Shown in pieces: positions 51,412 through 61,360 of a stretch of DNA of 64,000 nucleotides (positions are counted from its first letter, which is position 1; each line of letters starts with the position of its first letter). Made by a program: the position numbers and the translations under genes. This DNA is from an uncultured Actinomycetes bacterium (lineage in GTDB: Bacteria; Actinomycetota; Thermoleophilia; RBG-16-64-13). The notes under the pieces were generated by a model. The model was not told the DNA's origin. It did no database searches and saw only the letters and a list, made by a program, of their open reading frames with translations. The stretch spans positions 384,001 through 448,000 of the forward strand of contig CAVPLM010000003.1 in NCBI GenBank assembly GCA_963706025.1. Reading direction: 5' to 3'.

Positions 51412-52244
51412 GGAGACAGGAGCTATACGCGCAGATGGCCGACCTCACCGGACGAGGGGTGCCGTTCGTCCTTGCCACCATCATCGGGACTTCAGGCTCC
51501 AGCCCGCGCGGCGTGGGGACGAAGATGCTCGTCATGGGAGACGGCAAGACCGTCGAGACGATCGGCGGAGGAGCACTGGAGAAGCAGGTCATAGCCGATG
51601 CTCTGACCTGTCTTGTCTCCGGGGCGTCCCGCATCGAGCGTTACGAACTGCGCGCGCAGGGAGATCACGCTCTGGGTACTTTGTGCGGAGGGGAGGCTAC
51701 GGTCTTCCTGGAGGCGCACGTGCCGGATCGCACTCTTCTCATCGTGGGAGCCGGCCACGTGGGCCGTAGTCTCTGCCGGTGCGCCAAGCTGCTCGACTAT
51801 CAGGTGGTGGTGCTGGACCCCCGGGAAGACATGGTGACTCCGGAACGCTATCCCGAGGCCGACCGGTTGATCTGCGGCGATCCGGCGCAGACCGCGGACC
51901 TGTTCCCCATCTCGTCGACGACCCACGTGGTCATCGTTACCCACGGCCATCAGCTCGACAAAGACGCCCTGCTTTCGGTGATCGGTTCTCCCGCCGCCTA
52001 CATCGGGATGATGGGGAGCGCCACCAAAGTGCGGGCCGTTCTCGCTCAGCTCCGGGAGGCCGGGGTCGATCCAGGACTGCTCGACCGGGTTCATGCTCCC
52101 ATAGGTCTGGATATCGGGGCTGAGACCCCCGCCGAGCTGGCGCTTTGCATCATGGCCGAGATAGTGGCCGATGGCTACGGCAGGCTGAGCGGACTGAGAA
52201 ACGCAGCCGCTGAGACTGGAGTCCGGGAGGGGTGTGGGGAGTGA
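51408..52244 (+). CDS. xdhC: XdhC/CoxI-family molybdenum-cofactor insertion chaperone
   Basis: GSSPRGVGTKM, TIGGGALE, CGG, GAGHVG, YIGMMGS, PIGLDIGAETPAELA. Confidence 0.92.
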   Translation: MRRQELYAQMADLTGRGVPFVLATIIGTSGSSPRGVGTKMLVMGDGKTVETIGGGALEKQVIADALTCLVSGASRIERYELRAQGDHALGTLCGGEATVFLEAHVPDRTLLIVGAGHVGRSLCRCAKLLDYQVVVLDPREDMVTPERYPEADRLICGDPAQTADLFPISSTTHVVIVTHGHQLDKDALLSVIGSPAAYIGMMGSATKVRAVLAQLREAGVDPGLLDRVHAPIGLDIGAETPAELALCIMAEIVADGYGRLSGLRNAAAETGVREGCGE

Positions 52245-53095
52245 TGACGGTCTCCGCGCCCGTGACCCCCGTCAGTCCCAGCCGGCGGCCGGTGGCTCTG
52301 GTCAAAGGGGCCGGGGACCTGGCGAGCGGGATAGCCGTTAGGCTTCATCGGGCCGGGTTCGCGGTGGTGATGACCGAGATCGACCGTCCGACCGCGGTGC
52401 GCCGCACTGTGGCTTTCGCGGAAGCCGTCTATGAAGGGTCCGTGGAGGTGGAAGGCATCGAGGGAGTGAAGGCGCCGGACGCGGAAACGGTCCGGCGGCT
52501 CCTCGCGGCCGGGAAGATTCCCGTGATAGTCGACCCTGAGGCCCTCATCAGACGCGAAATCGCGCCACTCCTCGTGGTCGACGCCATCCTGGCCAAGCGC
52601 AACCTGGGCACCCGGATCACGGATGCCCCGGCCGTGGTAGCGCTGGGGCCGGGATTCGTCGCCGGAGTCGACGCGCACGCCGTCGTCGAGACGAAACGCG
52701 GCCATGCTCTGGGCAGGGTGATCTGGCGAGGGGAGGCCTACCCCGACACCGGCGTTCCCGGAGAGGTGGGCGGCTTTGGAGAGGAGCGCGTGCTTCGCGC
52801 GCCCGGACCGGGAGTGTTCGAGGGCACGAAGGAGATCGGCGCCATGGTCGCGGCGGGCGAGATCGTGGGCCAGGTCGGAGACGCTCCGGTCCGGGCTCGT
52901 CTGGACGGAGTGCTGCGCGGCCTGCTTCGCTCCGGATTGGAGGTGACCGGCGGGTCCAAGCTGGGCGATGTCGATCCCCGGGCCACCCGGGAAAACTGCT
53001 TTCTGGTCTCGGATAAGGCTTTGGCGATCGCGGGCGGAGTGCTTGAAGCCGCCTGTGGTCTTTTGGGCGGCGTGCGTTTCGTGGTCGATCGCTGA
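52244..53095 (+). CDS. yqeB: YqeB-family selenium-dependent Mo-cofactor protein
   Basis: VKGAGDLASG, AVRRTVAFAEA, DAILAKRNLGT, ETKRGHALG, KLGDVDPR, SDKALAIAGGVLEA. Confidence 0.92.
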   Translation: MTVSAPVTPVSPSRRPVALVKGAGDLASGIAVRLHRAGFAVVMTEIDRPTAVRRTVAFAEAVYEGSVEVEGIEGVKAPDAETVRRLLAAGKIPVIVDPEALIRREIAPLLVVDAILAKRNLGTRITDAPAVVALGPGFVAGVDAHAVVETKRGHALGRVIWRGEAYPDTGVPGEVGGFGEERVLRAPGPGVFEGTKEIGAMVAAGEIVGQVGDAPVRARLDGVLRGLLRSGLEVTGGSKLGDVDPRATRENCFLVSDKALAIAGGVLEAACGLLGGVRFVVDR

Positions 53096-53113
53096 ATTAG
53101 AAGGAGGTTCATC

Positions 53114-54118
53114 GTGAAGTCCTACACTACTCTCATCAAGGGCGCCCGACTGGTCGTCGAGACCTGCTTCGCCGTGAAGGCCGGCGATGCGGTGCTCATC
53201 ATCTGTGACGAGGATCACCGGCGTGAAGCGGAGGCTATAGCCGGGGTGGCGGTGTCGCTGGGCGCCTATCCGGTGGTCGCCGACATCTCCCATCATGTCA
53301 GCTCGGCGCTCGCGTCGATGAAGGTTCCCATGGAGCCGGCCAAGAACCTGGCAGCCGCGATGGAGGCTTCGGACGTCATCATCATCACCACCAACCTGGA
53401 GTGGGCCAACCGCTTCGCCCACGTCAATCCTGTGGCCGCCAGCGTGAGCAAAGGGGCCAAGATCGGCTCGGTGGAAGAGGGCATGGCCGACTGGGATCTG
53501 ACCAAGGAGGAGATCGACCAGACCGTCGCCCGGGCAGAGAAGCTCATGGCCGCGCTTGAAGGGGTGGAGTGGGTGCGGGTGACCAACCCGGCCGGTACGG
53601 ACGTCAAGGTCTGCATCAAAGACCGTCCGCCCCTGAAGGTGGTGCCCATCAAGGGTGCGGGAGAGATGATGGGCCCGGTGCCCCTGTGGGGCGAAGTGGC
53701 CTATGCCGCGGTGGAAGACAAGACCGAGGGCGTGATAGTCGTCGATGGCATCATGCTGGGAGTGGGGGTCTTCGGCTCACTGCAGAACACCATCACGTGG
53801 GTCATCAAGGACGGCCGGGCGGTGGAGATCACCGGCGGAGCCGAAGCCGAGCGGCTGCGCAACGTGGTAGCCGGTTCGGACGAGAACGCCAATGTCGTGG
53901 CCGAGTTCGCCATGGGGACCAGCACCAAATCGCCGCGAGGCTCGGCGTCGGAGAAAGGGCTGCTCGGCACGGTGCATTTCGCCCTGGGTGACAACTCCCA
54001 CTGCTATCCCGGGGGCTGCAGCCACAGCAGTCTGCACCTCGACGGCAACCTGCTGAACGTGACGGTCGAGACCGGCGATGGCCGCGTGCTCATCAAGGAC
54101 GGGGAGTTGGTGATCTGA
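53114..54118 (+). CDS. M29/aminopeptidase-T-like metalloprotein (fold shared with NicX)
   Basis: GTD, GEV...EGVIVVDG, AEFAMG, GTVHFALGDN...GG...LHLDG...IKDG. Confidence 0.78.
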   Translation: MKSYTTLIKGARLVVETCFAVKAGDAVLIICDEDHRREAEAIAGVAVSLGAYPVVADISHHVSSALASMKVPMEPAKNLAAAMEASDVIIITTNLEWANRFAHVNPVAASVSKGAKIGSVEEGMADWDLTKEEIDQTVARAEKLMAALEGVEWVRVTNPAGTDVKVCIKDRPPLKVVPIKGAGEMMGPVPLWGEVAYAAVEDKTEGVIVVDGIMLGVGVFGSLQNTITWVIKDGRAVEITGGAEAERLRNVVAGSDENANVVAEFAMGTSTKSPRGSASEKGLLGTVHFALGDNSHCYPGGCSHSSLHLDGNLLNVTVETGDGRVLIKDGELVI

Positions 54119-54550
54119 ATGGGTGAGGATACGGGGGACGGCGAGAAGAGAGCCGGCGGGATCAACGACGTCGAAAGCGCACTCGAGAAGATATGCGTGG
54201 TCGATCTCAGCGAGGGTAAACGGACCGACCTGCCCGACGGAAGCTGGGTGTGCGAATTGGTATCGAAGGCCTTGAACGGGGCGGAGGGCACCTGCATGGG
54301 CTTCTCCACGTGGAAGCCGGGGGCCTCGACGAAGCAGATGGTGCACGAGACCGAGGAGATGGCCTATATCGTCTGCGGCGAAGGTAAGCTCTCGGTCGGC
54401 GACAAGTTTGTCTCGTACAAGGCCGGCCAGGGAGTGCTCATCCCGGCGGGGGTCCCGCACGGAGTGGTCAACGATTCCGATGAGGATATGACCATGGTCT
54501 ACATCTTCTCCTATCCAGAGTACCCGCCGACGAAGGCGGCCGGAGAGTAG
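54119..54550 (+). CDS. Cupin-domain protein
   Basis: HETEEMAYIVCGEG and GVLIPAGVPHGVVN cupin motifs. Confidence 0.85.
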   Translation: MGEDTGDGEKRAGGINDVESALEKICVVDLSEGKRTDLPDGSWVCELVSKALNGAEGTCMGFSTWKPGASTKQMVHETEEMAYIVCGEGKLSVGDKFVSYKAGQGVLIPAGVPHGVVNDSDEDMTMVYIFSYPEYPPTKAAGE

Positions 54551-54665
54551 GGACGGTAGGGGCCGGGATCCGCCCGACGAGGGAGCCGGGCGCAGCCGCG
54601 CGAGGGGACGCCCGTCGGTGGCAGGACTGCGGACTGGGACGCCCGTCGGCTATGGGCTATGAGGC

Positions 54666-56151
54666 TCAGCTCCCGCAGGCGCGGATGATCACGTCCCGGT
54701 AGATCTCCACGCATCGGTGGAGATCGACGAGGGGCACGTGCTCGTTGGGCTTGTGGATGTTCCCCGCAGCCTGGCCGGGGCCGAAGACGATCGTGTCCAT
54801 GCCCGCTTCCCGGTAGACAGGGGCTTCCGTGGTACCGCTCTTCAGCTCCGGCTCCAGTGGTAGACCGCGCGTGCCCAACTCGACCATCAGCGCGGCCAGC
54901 ATGTCTGAGTCATCGACGGCCCGGAAGGGGGCGCTTTCGAGGATCCTCTCGGTGCCGAGCCTCAGACCCTCGCCGTGAGGGGGGCTCAGATCCTCCAGGG
55001 CTTTGAGCGCGGTTTCGTGGGCGTCGAGCATCTCGGTCGGCAACTCCCCCGGGACCGTCCTGACGTCGAGCACGTACGACAAACGGGCCTGGTCCAAGCT
55101 CACCAGTCCATTGTTGACGGTGCTGAACGGAGGATCGAATCCAGGTGCCTCGCAAGGCGCGCAGTCCTCGTTCCAGATCGCGGGTAAGAGAGTGGACAGT
55201 GAGGAGCAGCCTGGCGAGCTCTGGGGACCAGACTGCGTCCCCGGAGGGCACGGCAGGTTCAACGCTGCAACTGACGCCTGCCGCAGCTGCCGCGGGAGTC
55301 AGAAGGCTGCCCGCGTCAGGAGCGGTGCCGGCGACCACGACGGCCTCACACCGGGCGGCCACCTTGTTGACGGCGTCCCCGCCCCGGACTGAGACTATCG
55401 CGGGGACGTCATACGCACCGCTGCTCTCTGCCGCCCCGGTCAGAGACGCCAACGCATCGAGGCAGGCGGTGTTGGCCGAAGCCCCTCGGTGAGGCTGGGA
55501 CGAGTGCGCGGCGATACCCGCAAACACCAGGCGCCAGCAGGGCAGGGATGGGATTCGCAGCGGAGTCGGGTCACTGCCCTCGGTGCGGAACTCCAGGTAG
55601 CCCTTGTGCGCGGTACAGGGTCGTAGGCCCGTGGGCTCGCCTACCAGGACGCAGCGCGGAACGGCTCCGCTGCCGCGTACCTGCAACTCCCGCACCAGCA
55701 GCTTCGCGCCATAGCGGCCGGTCTCCTCTCCGTACGTGGCCGCCAGGGCCACGTTGTGGCGCAGATGGACGTCACGAAGCGACTCCAAGGCCAGCAGCTT
55801 GCAGAGCAGATCGAGCTTCACGTCGGCAGTGCCCAGTCCGTAGAGCAGGCCCTCGTGCTGGGTGAGGGAGAAGGGGTCACCCTCCGTGGCCGTCCACAGC
55901 GAGGCATCTCCCGGAGGCACGGTGTCGGTGTGGGTCGCCAGAAGAAGCGTGTCTCGGTCGAGTGGCCCGCGGGAGGCGAGCAGGTTGTACTGCTGCACCC
56001 CCCCTTGGGTCTCTTGTTGAAGTGAGGTCTCCAGACCGGCAAGTTGGCACAGGGGGATCAGGAACTCGATGAGCCCGATATTCGAGACAGCCGATCTGGT
56101 GTCGATGGCGATCATCCGTCGAGCGAGCGAAAGGAGATCGAGGGTCGTCAT
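54666..56151 (-). CDS. M20 metallopeptidase/deacylase (ArgE/DapE-like; frameshift near 55150)
   Basis: THTDTVP, GLGTADVK, GEE, VGEPT, AHSSQP; second frame has TEAP and FGPG...HKPNE. Confidence 0.85.
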
Positions 56152-56275
56152 CCGCGCCGTCCTTTCCGATCCGAAGCCGGGTGCTGTGTCTGTTCGGGGA
56201 GATCCTGGTCCGCGAACGTGCCGCGTGCTTGAATGTAGGCTGCAAGAGGGGGTTTTGCAAGACGGGAAAGAGGCT

Positions 56276-56941
56276 GTGAGGGGAAGAAGGGCTCGAGGGT
56301 CGAGATCGCGCTGGGTGGGCCTTGTGGTCGGAGGGGCGCTGGTCGCGGCCGTCGCCCTTGGCGGAATCGCCGGTGCTTCGGGCTGCGGCCCGGATCCGTC
56401 CGCCGGCGAAGCATCCGGACAAGCACCCGAGCAGACCTCAAGTTCCCTCAGCCCCATGATGCGGGCGTACTATGAAGCTCACCCCACCCTGGTCGACGGG
56501 CCCCTCCAGCCTGCTCCGACGCCGACCGACGAGATCGTGGCCGACATCCGGATGGGCCTCGAGGTCGGAGAGGACGTCTGGCTGCCCGATTATCTCCCTG
56601 CTGGTTTCGTGCTGGCCGCACCCTACAACGGCGACGGCAGCGGGTCGGCCTATCCAAATCCATACGCCGTCGGCAGGGGATACAGCGTCACCTACACCGA
56701 CGGTGTCGGCTATATCATGGTGATGAAAAACTCCGAAGACGACCTTTCGGGGGGCGAGTGGGTCCCCCTCGCCGAGACACTGGCCGGGCGGCGTCTGCGC
56801 CTGCTGCGGGACGCGGAGGTCACGTTGGTGGCGACAGTAGATGATGGGGAGGACAGCCTGCTGGTGGCGGGGGCGGGTTTTGGAGGCGAGCGATTGGCAG
56901 CGGAGTTGACCCGGGTTGCGGCGAGTCTATCGATGCGCTAG
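56276..56941 (+). CDS. Hypothetical lipoprotein
   Basis: Arg-rich n-region, hydrophobic h-region, ASGC lipobox; WLPDYLPAGF motif. Start inferred. Confidence 0.6.
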   Translation: MRGRRARGSRSRWVGLVVGGALVAAVALGGIAGASGCGPDPSAGEASGQAPEQTSSSLSPMMRAYYEAHPTLVDGPLQPAPTPTDEIVADIRMGLEVGEDVWLPDYLPAGFVLAAPYNGDGSGSAYPNPYAVGRGYSVTYTDGVGYIMVMKNSEDDLSGGEWVPLAETLAGRRLRLLRDAEVTLVATVDDGEDSLLVAGAGFGGERLAAELTRVAASLSMR

Positions 56942-57022
56942 GGGCAGAAGAACTCCCTGGAAATGAGCCTCTTTCCTCGACAGCTCGACGTCCATAGGCG
57001 GTCTGTGACAGGACTGTCCAGG

Positions 57023-57031
57023 TGATATAAT
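57023..57031 (+). promoter_or_regulatory. Extended -10 promoter of the hdr-flx operon
   Basis: TG-A-TATAAT about 110 bp upstream of the hdrC start; GAGGAGG RBS at 57126. Confidence 0.65.
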
Positions 57032-57138
57032 TGCACGCTGGTGTGCCGCACCAGCCCGCCCGCCCGCTTTTCATTGATTGCCGCTGGTCGCGGCCGCGCG
57101 CACACCCCGGGCCGTCTTTCCCAGTGAGGAGGGTTGGT

Positions 57139-57846
57139 TTGATCCGATACGACGCAACACAGGCAGCGTTCTATCGGGAGAAGTTGATCAAGAGGGTCGA
57201 GGCGGACGTTCGAGACTGCTACCAGTGCGGCAACTGCTCCGCTGGCTGTCCGGCCGCTTTCACCTTCGACTACACTCCCAACCAGGTCATGCGGATGCTC
57301 CAGGTGGGCCTGGTCGACAAGGTGCTGGATTCCACGGCGGTGCAGCTGTGCGTCCAGTGCCTGACCTGCACGGCCCGCTGCCCGCGCGACATCGACATCG
57401 CCGGCATCTTCGAAGACCTGAAGACCATCGCCACCGCCCAGGAGCGCGAGGTCCCCGAGCATGCGAAGACCTTCAACAAGGCCTTCATGGGCGCGGTGGC
57501 CCGCTTCGGCCGGCTGCCCGAGCTCTACATGATGGGCATGTTCTACCTGGGCACCATGAACCCGAAGATGGCCATGGGCGACGTCGGTCTGGCGATCCCC
57601 ATGGTGACCAAGGGCAAGATGAAGTTCATCCCGCGCAAGGCCAAGGGCGCCGACGAGGTGGCCCGCATCTACAAGAAGACCATGGAGAAGGCCAAGGCGC
57701 GCGAGAAAGCCGAGGCGCGAGGCTCGAGAAGCCGCCGCTGAGGCGGCCAAGGCGGCTGCGGCGGCCAAGGCAGCAGCCGCGGCCGGGACGGCGCCGCCGC
57801 CCACGGGGCCTCCGCCCCTAACGCCGAAAGCGAGGTGGCCGAATGA
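57139..57846 (+). CDS. hdrC: Heterodisulfide reductase subunit C-like (frameshifted Ala/Lys tail after ~57720)
   Basis: CYQCGNCSAGCP and CVQCLTCTARCPRDID; GRLPE. Confidence 0.9.
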
Positions 57847-58884
57847 GCCTCGCCTACTATCCCGGGCTGCTCTCTGCGCCATTCCTCGGCCGAGTTCGAC
57901 GTCTCCACCCGCAAGGTGCTCGCCGCGCTGGGCGTGGAGTACAAGGAAGTGCCCGACTGGACCTGCTGCGGCTCCACGCCGGCGCACATGATGGACCACC
58001 TGCTGGCCCAGGCTCTGGCCGCGCGCAACCTGCGCCAGGCGGCCGAGGTGGGCGACGAGCTGCTGGCTCCCTGCCCCTCCTGCTATCAGCGGGAGAAGAA
58101 CGCCGAGCTCGAGATCCACAAGAGCGACGCCTTCCGGGCCGAGGTCAACGAGGTCCTCGACAAGCCCTACACGGGCCAGGTCAAGGTCTACGCGCTGCCC
58201 GAGTACCTGATGAAGTTCGTGGGCGAGGAGAAGATCGCCTCCCTGGTCAAGACCGACCTCTCCCAGCTCAAGGTCGTCCCCTACTACGGCTGCCTGCTCG
58301 GCCGTCCGAGCGAGCTGACCGGCGAATGCGACAACGAGCAGCCCATGATGATGGACCTGCTGCTGCAGGCCGCGGGCGTCGACGTCAAGTGGTGGAACTA
58401 CAAGACCGAGTGCTGCGGCGCCAGCGTGGGCATGCCCAAGATGGAGATCCAGCGGCGGCTGAGCGGCAAGATCATCGAGCAGGCGCTGGCCGCGGGCGCG
58501 GAGGCCATCGTGGTGTGCTGCCCGCTCTGCCACGTCAACCTCGACCTCAAGCAGGCCCAGATCAACAGCTTCCTGGGCACCGACTACAAGGTGCCCATCC
58601 TCTACCTGCCGCAGGTGCTGGGACTGGCCCTCGGGCCTGAGCGCCGACGACGTCATGCTGAGCAAGAACATCGTCGACCCCGAGCCGCTGGTCAAGAAGG
58701 CCATCGCCGAGGCCGCGGCCGTCAGGGCCGAGGAAGAGCGCAAGGCGGCTGAGAAGGCGGCCAAGGCGGCGGCGCGTGAGGCCAAGGCGGCGGCCGACGC
58801 AGAGGCCGCCGAGCCGGCCGCGACGGCCGCGACGGCCGCGACCGGCGCGACGCCGAAGCCGCGGACGCGGAGGCGCAGCCATGA
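57843..58884 (+). CDS. hdrB: Heterodisulfide reductase subunit B-like (frameshifts near 57867, 58640 and probably 58850)
   Basis: YYPG(C), DWTCCGS, CPSC, YYGCLL, ECCGAS and CPLCHVNLD CCG domains. Confidence 0.92.
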
Positions 58885-60850
58885 GGATAGGAGTCTTCGT
58901 CTGCCACTGCGGCAGCAACATCGCCGGCACGGTCGACGTGGCCGGCGTGGCCAAGCGGGCCCTCAGCCTCAAGGACGTCGTCCACGCCGAGAACATCATG
59001 TACACCTGCTCCGAGCCGGGCCAGGCCGCCATCCAGAAGGCCATCCAGGAGAAGAAGCTCGACCGGGTGGTCGTGGCGGCCTGCTCGCCCCACATGCACG
59101 AGGTCACCTTCCGGCGCTGCGTCGACAACGGGGGCCTCAACCCCTACCTCTTCGAGATGGCCAACATCCGCGAGCACTGCTCCTGGATCCACACCGACAT
59201 GCCGGTGGCCACCGAGAAGGCCTGGGACATCATCAAGATGTCCGTGGCCAAGGCCCGCCAACTCGAGCCCCTCTGGTCCAACGAGGTGGAGGTCAACAAG
59301 GACGTCCTCGTCATCGGCGGCGGGGTGGCCGGCATCCAGGCCGCTCTCGACCTGGCCGACGCCGGTCTCAAGGTGACCATCGTCGAGAGAGAGACCACCA
59401 TCGGCGGGGTCATGGCCAAGCTGGACAAGACCTTCCCCACCATCGACTGCTCGGCCTGCATCCTCACGCCGCGCATGGTCGACTGCGCCCAGCACGAGAA
59501 CATCGACCTCATGGCCTACTGCGAGGTCGACAAGGTCTCGGGCTACGTGGGCAACTTCACCGTCGATATCCGCAAGAAGGCGTCCATGGTCGACTGGACC
59601 AAGTGCATCGGCTGCGAGATCTGCGTGCAGAAATGCCCGTCCAAAGCCCCCGACATCTTCAACGTGGGGCTGGAGCCCACCAAGGCCATCTACATCCCCT
59701 TCCCGCAGGCGGTGCCCAAGCGGGCGGCCATCCAGGTGGACTACTGCCGCTGGTTCACCCAGGGCAAGTGCAGGGTGTGCGAGCGGGTCTGCCCGGCCGA
59801 CGCCATCGACTACGAGCAGAAGGAAGAGATCGTCCAGAAGCGTTTCGGCGCCATCGTGGTGGCCACCGGCCTGGACGTCTTCCCCTGGGAGGAGCACTAC
59901 CACGAATACGGCTCGGGCAAGATCAAGGACGTCATCTCCGGCCTTCAGTACGAGCGGATGCTGAACGCCTCCGGTCCGTACGGCGGCCACGTCCACCGGC
60001 TCTCCAACGGCGAGGACCCGAAGACGGTGGTCTTCATCCAGTGCGTGGGCTCGCGGGACGAGTCGGTGGGCCGGCCCTACTGCTCCAGCGTGTGCTGCAT
60101 GTACACGGCGAAGCAGGCGCTGCTGACCAAGGACCACTGCGGCATGGACACCGAGGTCTACGTCTTCTACATCGACATCCGCGCCACCGGCAAGGGCTAC
60201 GAGGAGTTCATCAAGCGGGTCCAGACCGAGTTCGGCGTCAAGTACGTGCGGGGCCGGGTCTCCAAGCTCTACGAGGAGGACGGCAAGGTCATGGTGCGCG
60301 GCATCGGACACCCTGCTGGGCGAGCAGGTGGAGATCGCCGCCGACCTGGTGGTGCTGGCGAGCGGCATCACTGGCCGCCGACGGCGCCAAGGAGCTGGCC
60401 CAGAAGCTCAACATCAGCTACGACGAGTTCGGCTTCATCAAAGAAGGCCATCCCGAAGCTGCGCCCGGTCGAGACCAACACGGCCGGCGTCTTCCTGGCC
60501 GGCGCCTGCCAGGCGCCCAAGGACATCCCGGCCACGGTGGCCCAGGCCTCCGGCACGGCCTCCAAGGTCATCGGCCTGCTGGCCAAGGACAAGCTCAAGA
60601 CCAGCCCGATGATCGCCGTCGTCGGCCAGAAGGACTGCGTGTCCTGCTGGAAGTGCATCGAGGTGTGCCCGTTCAGCGCTCCCGAGAAGCAGGAGGTGCG
60701 CCCGGGCGAGTTCAAGAGCCACGTGATCGAGACGGTCTGCCAGGGCTGCGGCGTATGCGTCGCCACCTGCCCGGTGAACTGCATCTCGCTCAAGGGATTC
60801 CCGACCGACGCCATCCTCGACCAGATCGAGGAAGTCCTCACTGGTCATAG
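58881..60850 (+). CDS. hdrA: Heterodisulfide reductase subunit A-like flavoprotein (indels at ~60305-60450)
   Basis: RIGVFVCHCGSNI, VVAACSP, ANIREHCSW, GGGVAG, KTFPTIDCSACI, QCVGSRD, CSSVCC, FLAGACQAPKDI; C-terminal ferredoxin domain. Confidence 0.96.
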
Positions 60851-60863
60851 AAAGGCGGTGAAG

Positions 60864-61360
60864 ATGGCCGAAGCAACGACAACTCAAGCCAGCGGCGCCG
60901 CCTCCAGAGCGCCGCGCCCGGCGGCCGGCGCCGGCCGCCGCCGCGGCCGGCGACCGTCCGGTCAAGATCATCGGCATCGTCTGCAACTGGTGCAGCTACG
61001 CCGGCGCCGACACCGCCGGTGTGGGCCGCTTCAAGCAGCCGGCCAACCTCCGGCTGGTGCGCGTGCCCTGCACGGGCCGCATCGACCCGCTGTTCGCCCT
61101 CAAGGCCTTCGAGAAGGGGGCCGACGGCGTGCTCATCAGCGGCTGCCACCCCGGCGACTGCCACTACTCCGAAGGCAACTACTACGCCCGGCGCAAGTTC
61201 GAGCTGCTCGAGCGGATGATCCACCACCTGGGCATCCCCAAGGAGCGCTTCAAGTGGACCTGGGTCTCGGCTTCGGAAGGGCCAGCGCTGGCAGAAGGTG
61301 GTCACCGAGTTCGTGGCCGGGGTGGAGAAGCTCGGCCCTCGCGAGGGGAGGGCCCTGTGA
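60864..61360 (+). CDS. flxD: MvhD-like [2Fe-2S] subunit FlxD (frameshifted)
   Basis: 60961 onward reads VKIIGIVCNWCSYAGADTAG...RVPCTGRIDP...GCHPGDCHY.EGNY...WVSASEG. Confidence 0.9.

Noticed and set aside
27788-54665. Catabolic island as a mobile element
   Set aside because: No integrase, transposase, tRNA or flanking direct repeats, and composition looks like the flanks.
58881-61360. Selenocysteine recoding in HdrA or FlxD
   Set aside because: Positions that are Sec in some homologues are Cys codons here, and the breaks are indels rather than in-frame TGA.
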